NCBI RefSeq assembly: GCF_001194135.2
Contig: NC_068985.1
Span: forward strand, 113,822,788-113,855,461
Direction: 5' to 3'
From: Octopus bimaculoides
Lineage: Eukaryota
Length of the DNA stretch: 32,674 bases
Below, in pieces: positions 1 through 12,528 of the stretch. A program made the position numbers and the translations under genes. Each line of letters starts with the position of its first letter. The stretch's first letter is position 1. The notes beneath the pieces are model-generated. The model saw only the letters and a list, made by a program, of their open reading frames with translations. It was not told the origin of the DNA and ran no database searches.

Positions 1-88
1 ATTGGAGCCTGGTGTTGCCATCCGGTTTCACCAGTCCTCAGTCAAATCGTCCAACCCATGCTAGCTTGGAAAGCGGACGTTAAACGAC

Positions 89-121
<33 letters not shown>
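1..121 (+). mobile_element. RTE 3' tail (young copy; truncated by the window edge)
   Basis: It runs ggagcctggtgttgccatccgg...ggaaagcggacgttaaacg, then (GAT)n. Confidence 0.85.
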
Positions 122-122
<1 letters not shown>

Positions 123-439
123 ATTGTGCTTTCCTTCATATTTTGTCTTTATAGCTAGCAACCAAAATAAAAAGAAAAAAAAGGCAGAGACCACCTATCA
201 TCACTACTACCACCGCCGCTGCCACCACCACCACCACCACCACTAATCTACCTTTCATCTTCAGTATACCATTGCCCCCTACCATCGTGGTATCCATTAA
301 AGCCCCCTCCTCCTCCTACCACTCAACACCTTAACACTACTTTGGTACCAATAAATCCAACTTGTTTTAAGTAATGTGCATGTCGGAAGAGAAGGCAGTC
401 CCTGGGTTTAAGTGGAATGTTGGGATAGCTTGATTCATA

Positions 440-760
440 CAGCAAACAAAGGAGAGGGAGAGAGAGGGAGAGAGAGAGGGAGAAAGAGAGAGAGAGAAAA
501 AGAGAAAGGGAGAGAGAGCTTGAATGAGATAGAAAGATAGATAGATAGGCAAAATTAGGGATTAAATGGTAAACAGATAACGGTAGAGATATAGTGAGAG
601 ATAGTGACAAATAGAGAGAGAGAGAGAGAGAGGATGAGAGATAGATAAAAAGAGAAAAGAGGGAATACGACAGATAGAGAGAGAGAGAGAGGGAGAGAGA
701 GACAGACAGACAAATGGATGGATGGAGAGATAAAGCTAGGGATCGATAGAATGAGAGAAA
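440..760. repeat. (GA)n and purine-rich simple repeat
   Basis: Visible directly; it produces the L/S-rich minus-strand ORFs. Confidence 0.95.
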
Positions 761-989
761 GGAGCACAAAGAAAGAATAAGGTGAACGCTAGGGGTTTAG
801 TTGGATTCTCTCTAATATCTGTTTCTTAATGGAGGGAGGTGTCAAACTGTAATTGGTTTTGTTTTTGTTTTTGGTTTTGTTTTACAACTACTTCAATCAT
901 TAGATCTTTTGTTCCTTAACCACTGGATATGAGGCTGGAGATAAAGGGACAGAGAAGTAAGAGGCGATGGATGGGGGGGGGTGTATAAG

Positions 990-1295
990 CAGTCAAACAG
1001 ACAGACATAAATAGATGCATGAATGAATGAATGGATGGACGGATGGATTATAAGATATATGGAAATGGATGGTTGGATAGACAGATGGATTGCTAAATGG
1101 ACGGATGGGTAGACATACAGACAAACAGATAAATAGAGAGATAGAGAGATGAATGGATGTATGGATAGATAGATAGACAGACAGATAGATAGCTAGATGG
1201 ATGAATGGTTGGATAGTAGGATGTACGGAAAGCTAGACAGATAGACAGAAGGGCAGATGAATAGATAGGTGGATAGATAGATAGATAGATGCTGA

Positions 1296-1331
<36 letters not shown>

Positions 1332-1384
1332 TAGACAGGTAGATAGATAGATAGATTGATAGACAGATAGATCAATAGACAGAC

Positions 1385-1442
<58 letters not shown>

Positions 1443-1560
1443 ATAGACAGACAGACAGATAGAGAGATAAGTGAAAGGAAAGTTAGATAGGTAGATGGAT
1501 GGATGAGTGAACAAACAAATAGATGGATGGAAAAATGAATAAATAATGGACAGACAGATT
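990..1560. repeat. Compound (GATA)n/(GACA)n/(GGAT)n tetranucleotide tract
   Basis: Visible directly. Confidence 0.95.
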
Positions 1561-1989
1561 AATGGATAGATAGGTGGAAACAGGGAGACAATCAGACAGG
1601 CAACCAGACAGAGAGACAGATTAATATACAGGCTGGTAGATGGCTGGCTGGATGCATGGAAATTTAAATAAATAGAAAGATTCAGTTTCCTCTTAACAAA
1701 AAGCTGAGTTTAAATCTGGCCTAATCGGTTTATGTTTAAAACTTATCAAGCATCTAAAGATGGCCAGTAAACAACCTGATTGAAAATAAGGCACAAAGAT
1801 GTGCAAAAGATGAGATTAATAATCTAAGAATGATAAACATACTTTTTCTTCAGGCTCTTTGAAATTATGCCACATTCTCGGTAAATAACATATTTGAATT
1901 CTATCTGTTTTAGGAGGTTTTACTTTAATTGTAAAATGGTAAAAGGTAGTGATAGGAATTATATATTCATAAGAATTATATTATATTTA

Positions 1990-2160
1990 GGTGCAGTGTG
2001 ATTGTGTGGTAAGAAGTTTGCTTCCCAACCACATGGTCACAGGTTCAGTGCCAGTGTATGACACCTTAGGCAAATATCTTTTACTATAACTCCAGGTCAA
2101 CCAAAGCCTTCTGAGTGGATTTCAGAAATGGAAACTGAAATAAGCCCATCATATAAAAAT
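1990..2160 (+). mobile_element. CORE-like SINE, 5' half (diverged)
   Basis: It shows the same head and core as 24036-24438 (gtgtggtaagaagtttgcttcccaaccacatgg...accttaggcaaat...gaccaaagccttctgagtggattt) and ends in (TA)n. Confidence 0.8.
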
Positions 2161-2183
2161 ATGTATATATATATATATATATA

Positions 2184-2353
2184 TAGGTGCAGAAGTGGCT
2201 GTGTGGTAAGTACTTTGCTTACCAACCACATAGTGCCAGGTTTAGCCCCGTTGTGTGGCACCTTGGGCAAGTGTCTTTTACTATAGCCTCGAGCCAAAAC
2301 CATGTGAGTGAATTTGGTAGATGGAAACTGAAAGAAGCCCGTAATATATATAT
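2184..2353 (+). mobile_element. CORE-like SINE, 5' half, directly after the (TA)n of the previous copy
   Basis: The sequence aggtgcagaagtggctgtgtggtaag...ccttgggcaagtgtctt...gaaactgaaagaagcccg is present, then a gap. Confidence 0.85.
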
Positions 2354-2974
2354 NNNNNNNNNNNNNNNNNNNNNNNNNNNNNNNNNNNNNNNNNNNNNNN
2401 NNNNNNNNNNNNNNNNNNNNNNNNNNNNNNNNNNNNNNNNNNNNNNNNNNNNNNNNNNNNNNNNNNNNNNNNNNNNNNNNNNNNNNNNNNNNNNNNNNNN
2501 NNNNNNNNNNNNNNNNNNNNNNNNNNNNNNNNNNNNNNNNNNNNNNNNNNNNNNNNNNNNNNNNNNNNNNNNNNNNNNNNNNNNNNNNNNNNNNNNNNNN
2601 NNNNNNNNNNNNNNNNNNNNNNNNNNNNNNNNNNNNNNNNNNNNNNNNNNNNNNNNNNNNNNNNNNNNNNNNNNNNNNNNNNNNNNNNNNNNNNNNNNNN
2701 NNNNNNNNNNNNNNNNNNNNNNNNNNNNNNNNNNNNNNNNNNNNNNNNNNNNNNNNNNNNNNNNNNNNNNNNNNNNNNNNNNNNNNNNNNNNNNNNNNNN
2801 NNNNNNNNNNNNNNNNNNNNNNNNNNNNNNNNNNNNNNNNNNNNNNNNNNNNNNNNNNNNNNNNNNNNNNNNNNNNNNNNNNNNNNNNNNNNNNNNNNNN
2901 NNNNNNNNNNNNNNNNNNNNNNNNNNNNNNNNNNNNNNNNNNNNNNNNNNNNNNNNNNNNNNNNNNNNNNNNNN

Positions 2975-3023
<49 letters not shown>

Positions 3024-3744
3024 TTGTGTGTGTATGTGTTTGTGTATGTATATATGTATTTAAGCTTGTATGTATGTGTGAGTGTGTGGCCTTGATCTCA
3101 TGTTTTAAATGAGTGTCACTTTCATGCAAGCGGTGTCCGTTTTCAATCACCATGACTGGTTGTGATGCTGAGAAACACCTTGCTTGGTAACAGGCAAGGG
3201 TTGGTGACAGAAAAGGCATCCAGTTGAAGGAAATCTACCTCAACATTTTCCACCTAAACCAAGCAAGGAAAAGTAAACACTAAACAATGATGACAAACAG
3301 CTAAATATGAAGAAGACTAAATATTTAAGAGCATGTGTTCTTTATGTGGTTATCATTTTCCAGATGATTTTAAAACTTACGTATTTAAATAAACACCACA
3401 TCTGAATCATTACTGTAAGTTCAGAAATAAAAGTCTCAAGTTCAAACCCAGTTTGTGACTATGTATACATCCTGGAATAAGACATCTTGTGATTCTCAGA
3501 GATGAAACTGATCAAAAAGTGATGTAGATAATCATTGTTTCTTTTCATCATTATTGTTTTAATGTCTACTTTTCCATGCTTGCATGAGTAAGACAGAATT
3601 CATTGAAGCAGATCTTCTATGAGTAGATGTCCCTCCCTCCTGTTGCCAGCCCTCACCTGTTTCCCAGTGAGGCAAAGATTTCTCCTGGGTTAGACATGTT
3701 TTCATGGAAGACTGGAAATGAATGGCGCCACTTATATAACAGTG

Positions 3745-3957
3745 ATACCGCCGGACTGGCCCCCGTGCCGGTGGCACGTAAAAAGCACCCACTACACTCT
3801 CAGAGTGGTTGGTGTTAGGAAGGGCATCCAGCTGTAGAAACTCTGCTAGATCAGATTGGAGTCTGGTGTAGCCATCTGGTTCGCCAGTCCCCAGTCAAAT
3901 CGTCCAACCCATGCTAGCATGGAAAGTGGACGTTAAATGATGAATGATGATGATGAT
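3745..3957 (+). mobile_element. RTE 3' tail
   Basis: It runs ccgtgccggtggcacgtaaaaagcacccactacactc...aacccatgctagcatggaaagtggacgttaaatgatg. Confidence 0.85.
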
Positions 3958-3984
3958 ATACATAGATATATGTCAAGATCTTCA

Positions 3985-4307
3985 GTCATGAATGACCATG
4001 GGATTGCACCTAGAAAGTTCCCCTCCAAGGCACAAGTCTGGGAAAGGTTGTTTATGGAAGACTAGCAGTCAACTATGCATACCAGTCTCCCTTCTCCATG
4101 CCACTGATTTTGTCCAAGAGAAAGGCAAAGGCTGATACAGATTGGCACCAGTGACATCGCAACTCATTTCTACAGCTGAGTGAACTGGAGCAATGTGAAA
4201 TAAAGTGTCTTTCTCAAGAACACAATACAGACCCCAGTTTGGGAATAGAACTCACAACCTCATGTTTGTAAGCCTTACAAGCTAACCACTGAACCACATG
4301 CCTTCAC
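3985..4307 (-). mobile_element. tRNA-derived SINE, third family, with a different tail
   Basis: The reverse complement reads gtgaaggcatgtggttcagtggttag...gagttctattccc...gttcttgagaaagacactttatttcacattgctccagt. The head and body are shared with 20252-20520 but the 3' part is unrelated. Confidence 0.7.
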
Positions 4308-5314
4308 TCCACACACACACACGTGTAAAATGCAGGTCATGAGCTTCCAGATAGTGAAAGTGAACTCAAAACCAAGTGGTTGCAAAAAGAGCTTCTTAAC
4401 CACACAGCCATGCCTACCTCTTGAATTATTTATCTATTTGATATACACTGCATAAAAATTCCTTATTTTTCTCAGCACATATGCATCTCCCTAGGCTCTT
4501 AGGCAAAAATTTGTGCCTGGCACTAAATAGAGTCCCTACTTCAGATCATCAAGCATATACTGTAGCAGACTTGTGTTTATATATAGAGTGGCACTTTGGT
4601 AGTGTAGTGTGGTCTAATGGTCCCTTTGCAGGAGCCAGAGAAGTCATTTAAAATAACTGGTGACATAAAGAATAATTTAATTAGGAGGGGACAACGAAGG
4701 AGTAGGAGAGAGAGAACAAAAGCAGAATAAAATGTAGGGGAGAGGTAGTCATAAAAGCAAGTATGTGAGCATATATGTGTGTGTGTGTGTGTTTGTGAAT
4801 GTTAATATCTATATGTAAATGTTGGCAAGTGTGCACTTGTTTTCATAAATGGAGTTTTTATGTGCCGCTTGCAAATGTATGCAATTATCAGCATGTGTGC
4901 AAATATATGTATCATTGAATATGATCATGTGCTTCTTTCTATATGCATGCATGCTTCAGTGCATGCATGCAATCATTTGTGTAGGATTAAGTTGTGCATG
5001 TGAATGTGCGGAGAAGAGAGGTGGAGTGGATCGTATTACAGATGTGATATGATACCTCCTTCTTTGTTTATGTTTTCTTTGGAAACTTTTAATGCAATTC
5101 CTTTGTTTCAGCAGGAACTTAAGACATGCGGACCATATTTGTATATAAAGAAGATATATAGATGTTAGCTGGGAGATGCAGGTAGGTAGATGTAATACAG
5201 ACTGAGAGGTATAGAGACTGATAGAGAAGATGGATGGGAATACAGAGAGATGTATGGATAAATAAATGGTGGGGGGGGGGAGATAGATACATTGAGAGAC
5301 AGAGATGTACATAC

Positions 5315-5353
<39 letters not shown>

Positions 5354-5856
5354 AGAGAGAGAGAGAGAGAGAGAGAGAAAAGATAGACAGACAACTAGAT
5401 ACAGAGAGAGAGAGAGAGATTACTTGAATGTTAAACAATAGACAGGCACAGACAGAGAGACGATGCTGATGCACAGCATGGAAGCATGGATGCAATTGAA
5501 GGCCAAGAGATGTACAAGGGGCAGACAATAGAAGGCTTTGAGAGAGACAATGGAACGCAGAAGTGTCACATTTAAAGAGAAATGCAGTTTGGTTTGTTTG
5601 ATCTGCTTCCATCACTGTCTAATGTCAATGTCATTCTTGCCCACAACCAACCCTCCACCCTCAACAACACCTCCCCCACTCCAATGCATTCAGCTAGGAT
5701 CAGGGCTGACACCTGGTAGAGAATGATGGATGGATAGTTGCAGACCTTAAGTGCAGCACGTATGGTACGTGTCTGTTGTAATATATTTATTTATCTATCT
5801 AATGTAGGCACACATGTATACATACATATAAACACATACACACAGACACATACATA

Positions 5857-5917
<61 letters not shown>

Positions 5918-6879
5918 NNNNNNNNNNNNNNNNNNNNNNNNNNNNNNNNNNNNNNNNNNNNNNNNNNNNNNNNNNNNNNNNNNNNNNNNNNNNNNNNNNN
6001 NNNNNNNNNNNNNNNNNNNNNNNNNNNNNNNNNNNNNNNNNNNNNNNNNNNNNNNNNNNNNNNNNNNNNNNNNNNNNNNNNNNNNNNNNNNNNNNNNNNN
6101 NNNNNNNNNNNNNNNNNNNNNNNNNNNNNNNNNNNNATTATATTATATATACACAGACATGCGTGTATGTTTGTATTGATATATATGTACATAAGCATGC
6201 ATACACGCACACACTCATATCCATACACATACATGTTTGTGCAAACAAAAGTATATTTGTAGATATACAAGTCTATTAATATACATATTTAGTACACTAA
6301 ACTACAAACACACATTCATAGATACATATACATGGATAGTCATCACACATATAATATACAGGCAAGGGAGACCACTCACATGTCTGTGTGTGTGTATATA
6401 AAATGCTTATGCACAAAACTCCTAACCCTTGAGTCACTCTTTAGCTTCTGCTGATTGTGTGTGAGTGTGTGTGTGTGTGTGCATCCATACACACATATAT
6501 ACACATACAAATGCATATGTTTACATAATATAGACACATACAAGACTCTAGGCTGCAATAAAATATATGAATAAATAAATAAATAAATGAGGACCCACCC
6601 TATTATATTGCATAAATTATGAAAGCTTACCAAGCATTAGTAGGTGGGAAGGAGATTAAGGAACTGCAAATATCGAAGGGAGTCCTGGTGATTAGGGATT
6701 GGTTAACATTGTCTAGGGAGGTGAGGGCTGTTGTTATGTAAGGACTGGAGTAGCTTGCAGTGGAGATGGATGGGCAGGTGGGGAATGGGACAGAAGCTAA
6801 ACCAAGAACTAAGGCTAGAAGGCTTAGAATATTTCCCTAATGGCAGCAATAATGGCAACGCTTGACGTGGTATGGTGGT

Positions 6880-7560
6880 TAATAGTTGTGATGGTTGTGG
6901 GAGTGGAGGTGGGGGGTTCACAATGGTGAGGGTGGGGTGGGGGTAAAGAGAGGTTGTAATGATGATTGGTGGGGATGAGTTTGTGGTGATGTGGTGGTGG
7001 TGGTGTCGGTGGTAGAAAGGTAATGGCAGCTGTGATGGTGGTGCTGGTGATGACAACAATGACGATGATAGTGATGATGACAACAACAACAATGATAATG
7101 GTGGCGCCGATGATGATGGCGGTGGTGGTGGTGGTGATAGTGATAATGAAGATAAGTGGTGGAGGTGATGATGATGATGATGATGATGGTGGTGATGACG
7201 ATGATGACAATGACAATGATGAAGGCAATGACAATGATGATGAAAGTGATTATGATGATGATGGTTGTCATAGAGGTATTATTTTTGTTGTTGTCATCAT
7301 AATTATTTGATTCCCAATTCTTTGTTATTGTTTGTTTATTATCTGTGTTGTTGTCATTGAAACAATGGAAGGTGATGGAAAAACAAAGAATGCATTTGAA
7401 AATTGCCTAACCTTCAACCTTTTCCCCCTACCTTGCTGTGCATCTAGATATATATATATATATATATATATCCTTCCTTTCCCCGAGCGTCCAATAACAC
7501 TATCCGTATCACGTCCTCACTTTGTTGTTTTTTTGTTATAGTTTTTTGTGTTTTATTGAA

Positions 7561-7601
<41 letters not shown>

Positions 7602-8475
7602 TAAATGTTGTTGTTGTTGTTGTTAGTGGTGGTGGTGGTAGTAATGGTGTTGTTGTTGGAGGTGGTGTTGGTGGTGGTGGTAGTAATAGTGTTGTTGTTG
7701 GAGGTGGTGTTGGTGGTGGTGGTTTTGGGGTGGTGGACAACTGCTGTAGACAGACATACCCAGATGATGCCCGACTGCCATGTGCCTTATCTGTAACACC
7801 ATTAAATGATGATGCTGACAAAGTCTAAGTTGACGAAGATAATGAAAACGAGGATAAGAAGAGGAAGAGCAATACGGTGTTGATAATGATAATGATGATG
7901 ATAGTGACAATGGTAATGATGACAGTGATGGTGATTATGATGGTAACGATGTGAAGATGATGGTGGTGGTGGTGATGATGAGAATGATGATGAAGATGGT
8001 GATGAGAATGAAGATGATGACAACGGTGATGAGAGTGATCATGAAGATGATGGCGATGATGGTGATGCTGCTGCTGAAGATGATGATGAAAATGGTGGTG
8101 GTGATGGTGATGGTGATGGTGACAATGGTGACGCTGCTGGTGGCTCTGTTGATAGTTATTTTGAAGACCATGATAATGATGACATCAAAAAAATTTAAGA
8201 ATGACTACCAAAATACATACACACAACAATATAAAGAGACATAAGAAACAAAAAAAAAAAAACAAAAAAAAAATAACAGCTAAAAAAACAGTAAAAAAAA
8301 CACAAAGAAATCAAATAAAGAAGATAAAAGGAGATGAAAAGGAAAACAAAGTTTGCAGAGAATCATTTAGCCAGGAATGGCCAGGATCACCTTTCATCTT
8401 CAGAGTGGAGTGGAGTGGAGAAGAGTGGGTAGCTGAATGGCCATATGGTGACTCGGAGAAACAAATAACAACAAC

Positions 8476-8518
<43 letters not shown>

Positions 8519-8545
8519 GTGGTGATGATAGTGGTGGTGGTGGTA
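6880..8545. repeat. Cluster of degenerate trinucleotide tracts, (GAT/GGT/GTT/AAT)n, with (TA)n
   Basis: Tracts lie at about 6880-7310, 7600-7730, 7820-8185 and 8460-8545. They produce poly-M/V/D/H/I ORFs in several frames. Confidence 0.9.
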
Positions 8546-8893
8546 GTTTGGTCTGTGGTGAAGAGAAACAAGAGGGGAATTAAAGAACATTATATTTTTG
8601 ACATAGCAAATTGGAAAACGTTGGAAACACAGCTATGTCATCATTGTGTTCTTTAATTATATTGTTGCCATTATATAACAACCGCTAAGCTTATATCCCT
8701 ATCATATATATGTAAGTAATATTGCATGGTATCTATTATGATGATACAGTCTTAATATGTTAACATCTGCTTCTAATCTATTCCTATACCATATGTGTTA
8801 TAGCTAGCATATATATTATGCCAGAAATATTTATACCAAAAGCCTTGGACGGGGGAATTTGGTAGATGGAAACTGAAAGACTATTGTGTATAT

Positions 8894-8944
<51 letters not shown>

Positions 8945-8964
8945 ATCATCATCATAATATATAT

Positions 8965-9722
8965 GTAAGACCTGGGATGAGGTGGAGAAGCACGACCTTC
9001 GAACATTAGGCCTCACCGAGGCAATGACTTGTGACCGAGACCTTTGGAAATATGCTGTGCATGAGAAGACCCAGCAAGCCAAGTGAGACCATAATCCGAA
9101 GCCTCTGCCAGGGGTGTAGCCAGCCCACTTATGCGTNNNNNNNNNNNNNNNNNNNNNNNNNNNNNNNNNNNNNNNNNNNNNNNNNNNNNNNNNNNNNNNN
9201 NNNNNNNNNNNNNNNNNNNNNNNNNNNNNNNNNNNNNNNNNNNNNNNNNNNNNNNNNNNNNNNNNNNNNNNNNNNNNNNNNNNNNNNNNNNNNNNNNNNN
9301 NNNNNNNNNNNNNNNNNNNNNNNNNNNNNNNNNNNNNNNNNNNNNNNNNNCAGTGGCACATAAATAGCACCATTTGAGCATGAGCGTTGCTTTATGGCAC
9401 GTGAAAAAACATTTGAGCGAGGTTGTTACCAATGGACTGGCTCCTGTGCAGGTGGCACGTAAAATACACCATTTTGAGCGTAGCCATTGCCAGTACCACC
9501 TTACTGGCCTTTATGCTGGTGGCACGTAAAAACACCCACTACACTCTTGGAGTGGTTGGCGTTAGGAAGGGCATCCAGCTGTAGAAACTCTGCCAAATCA
9601 GATTGGAGCCTGGTGCAGCCTGCTGGCTTGCCAGACCTCAGTCAAATCGTTCAACCCATGCTAGCATGGAAAGCGGACGTTAAGCGACGACGGCGACGAC
9701 GACGACGACGATGATGATGATG
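8965..9722 (+). mobile_element. 5'-truncated RTE LINE: ORF C-terminus, 3'UTR with internal repeats, (GAC/GAT)n tail (spans a gap)
   Basis: It reads KTWDEVEKHDLRTLGLTEAMTCDRDLWKYAVHEKTQQAK*, an RTE-type RP.KTW...DL...DR..W end. It is followed by the tail shared with many copies: ...aacccatgctagcatggaaagcggacgttaa(gatgat)n. Confidence 0.85.
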
Positions 9723-9829
9723 TATATACACCTTGGTTAAGTGTCTTGTACCATGGCTTTGGGCCAACAAAATCATTCTGAATGGATTTGGTAGAGAAAA
9801 ACTGTAAAAAAAGTCACACACACACAAAT

Positions 9830-10048
9830 GTGCACGTAATGGTTGTGAACATCCATCACCATCATACCAGTGATATTGTTAGTTTCCAGTCTTCTGTGAA
9901 ACATGCCTGGCCATGGGAAATTATTACCTTGCTTGGGAACAGGTGAGGATCAGTGACAGGGAGAGCATCCAGCTGTCAAAAGCTGCCTCAGTAAACACTT
10001 GCTCTGACCCAGGCAAGCTTGGAAAAACGGACGTTAAAATGATGATTA
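9830..10048 (+). mobile_element. Second RTE-like tail family
   Basis: It runs ggccatgggaaattattaccttgcttgggaacaggtgagg...gacagggagagcatccagc...ggaaaaacggacgttaaaatgatg. Related copies lie at about 3085-3295 (+), 3545-3745 (-), 22995-23105 (+) and 31890-31975 (-). Confidence 0.6.
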
Positions 10049-10180
10049 AGAATAAATACATAAAATATATTTAGTTAGACTTCCGAGTTGATACATAAAG
10101 GAAAACAGAACAGTTTTGGGTTACAAACATGTTAAATATATATAAACTATCAGTTTTGGCTTCTGACATACAAACATGAG

Positions 10181-10184
<4 letters not shown>

Positions 10185-10212
<28 letters not shown>

Positions 10213-10599
10213 TGTATGCATGCATGTATGTATGTATTTGTGTGCCTGTGAGTGTGTGTGTGTGATTAAATTTGTTTTTGTTTTTAATGCTTTTCTTTTA
10301 TTACATATTCTGATTCCATCTAAATGTTTGGTTTTCATGATGAAAGTCTGCGATAAAAATTCGCTAGGGTGTGAAGGTGAGGAGAATGGATTCGGTAGGG
10401 TGAGAGCGGGGAGGGATGCAAAATGTAAACAAGCTAAGTACACATAGGTATAAACAAGTATATTTATATACACATTTATATTTTTCTAAGTATCTCTCTC
10501 TCTCTCTCTCTACACACACACATACACAAACATATGTGTTTGTGTATATATGTTTACACATGAAGGTAAATATGCACAAAAGCACACACAGGTATGTAT

Positions 10600-10649
<50 letters not shown>

Positions 10650-10653
10650 GTAC

Positions 10654-10701
<48 letters not shown>

Positions 10702-10770
10702 CACACACATATGTGTGTGGGTGAATCTAGGTAGTATTCTCTCTCTCTCTCTCTCTCTCTCTCTATGTAT
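10185..10770. repeat. (TATG)n, (CT)n, (CA)n and (TA)n microsatellite cluster
   Basis: Visible directly. Confidence 0.9.
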
Positions 10771-11909
10771 GTATTTCATCATCATAATCCGATAGATCCA
10801 AGGACTGCATTGTGCTGCAGTATCTGAATTTGGCATGGTTTCTAGGGCTGGATGCTCTTAAGGCCAACCATTTAACAGTATGTACTGGCTGCTTTGTTTA
10901 AGGCACCAGAACAGGGGAGGTTGCCCATACAGCTTATGAGGCAAAGATCTCCTTCAAAATGAGTACTGCCACAATACAGAGGGAGGTGATTTTATGCTAG
11001 GAGATGATTGGTTGAAAATATGAGTGAAGAGATCAGAATAAGTTTCTTCTTGCAGTAGAGGAGCTTACATGGCTACATGCATTATAGGAGGTGGGAAAGG
11101 AATAACTGATGCGGAGGTGGACTGGAATAAAAATAACAAGGATGAGATGGTATGTTGGACCCTCAAGACACAAGACGAGTAGAAATGAGTGGAAACAGGT
11201 GACTGAAGAGGAGTATATATTTACGCATGTACACATGTGTGTGTGTGTGTGTGTGTGTATACAGAGAGAGAAAGAGAGAGGGGGGAGAGAGAGAGAGAGA
11301 GAGAAATGCATATGTATATAGAGAGAGATAGATAGGTAAATAGAAAGATAAATAGATAGATAGATAGATACATGCATATATAAAAACCGATTATAGCAGT
11401 GACTTGATCAATTCCTAGGGATATCTGAAGAAAGAATTTTTGTATTCCGAAATATTATATCAGACTATATAGATATATGTAGAGACATGCACATTTATAA
11501 ATTTATTTATCTATTTTGACATGAGTTATTAGAGACCATTGTTATTCTANNNNNNNNNNNNNNNNNNNNNNNNNNNNNNNNNNNNNNNNNNNNNNNNNNN
11601 NNNNNNNNNNNNNNNNNNNNNNNNNNNNNNNNNNNNNNNNNNNNNNNNNNNNNNNNNNNNNNNNNNNNNNNNNNNNNNNNNNNNNNNNNNNNNNNNNNNN
11701 NNNNNNNNNNNNNNNNNNNNNNNNNNNNNNNNNNNNNNNNNNNNNNNNNNNNNNNNNNNNNNNNNNNNNNNNNNNNNNNNNNNNNNNNNNNNNNNNNNNN
11801 NNNNNNNNNNNNNNNNNNNNNNNNNNNNNNNNNNNNNNNNNNNNNNNNNNNNNNNNNNNNNNATATATATATTTATATATATACACACACACACACACAC
11901 ATACATGCA

Positions 11910-12215
11910 TGGTACCTTGAGCAAGTGTCTTCTACTATAGCCTCTGAATGACCAAAGCTTTGTGAGTGGATTTGGCAGATGGAAACTGAATGAAGGCTGT
12001 TGTATATATATATGTATATGTCTATGTGTGTATCTGTGTTTGTCATCCACAACTGCATGACAACTGGCGGTGTCTTGTTTATGTAACTTAGCAGTTCAGC
12101 AAAAGAGGCTGACAGAATAAATACCAGGCTTAGAGAAAAATAAGCACTGGGGTCGATTTCTTTCAGGTGGTGCCCCAACATGGCGGTTGTCTAATGACTG
12201 AAACAAGTGAAAAAC
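11910..12215 (+). mobile_element. CORE-like SINE lacking its head (core plus tail)
   Basis: It runs ccttgagcaagtgtcttctactatagcctc...ggtgccccaacatggcggttgtctaatgactgaaacaag. Confidence 0.75.
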
Positions 12216-12249
12216 AAAAGATACATACACAAACACACTCACATGTATA

Positions 12250-12345
12250 AGCATGGCTGTGTAGTTAAGAAGTTTGCTTCCCAACCACATGGTTTCAGGT
12301 TCAGTTCCTTTAGGTGGCTATAACCTCAAGATGGCCAAAGCTTTG
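12250..12345 (+). mobile_element. CORE-like SINE head fragment
   Basis: The sequence catggctgtgtagttaagaagtttgcttcccaaccacatggtttcaggttcagttcc is present. Confidence 0.65.
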
Positions 12346-12474
12346 CAAGGGTATTTTGTTGCCTAAGTGTGCAGGCATGAGAGGCTTGTGTGTGTGTGAA
12401 TGTATATATATGCTCTCACATGTAGGAACTATATTCATGATTATGTGTAGACATGTATCTAGCTAGCTAGCTAG

Positions 12475-12528
<54 letters not shown>

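Noticed and set aside
323-1514. L/S/Y/I-rich minus-strand ORFs
   Set aside because: They are products of (GA)n and (GATA)n tracts.
3381-3412. 32-nt minus-strand segment with AG/GTAAGT borders, phase-compatible with the upstream plexin exon (VMIQMWCLFKY)
   Set aside because: It is AT-rich and bears no resemblance to the expected plexin continuation. Such site pairs arise by chance in long introns.
6630-6850. Purine-rich segment with partly open minus-strand frames next to a gtaagc donor-like site
   Set aside because: No frame matches plexin. It may be an old Penelope N-terminal remnant, but I cannot support that.
6703-8656. Many 70-150 aa ORFs rich in M, V, D, H, I, S or T on both strands
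   Set aside because: They are translations of degenerate trinucleotide repeats that are open in several frames. They have no splice signals and no domain content.
9353-9545. CRISPR-like repeat-spacer appearance
   Set aside because: The context is eukaryotic, the repeats are degenerate and lie inside a LINE 3'UTR, the spacers resemble each other and other copies, and there are no cas genes.
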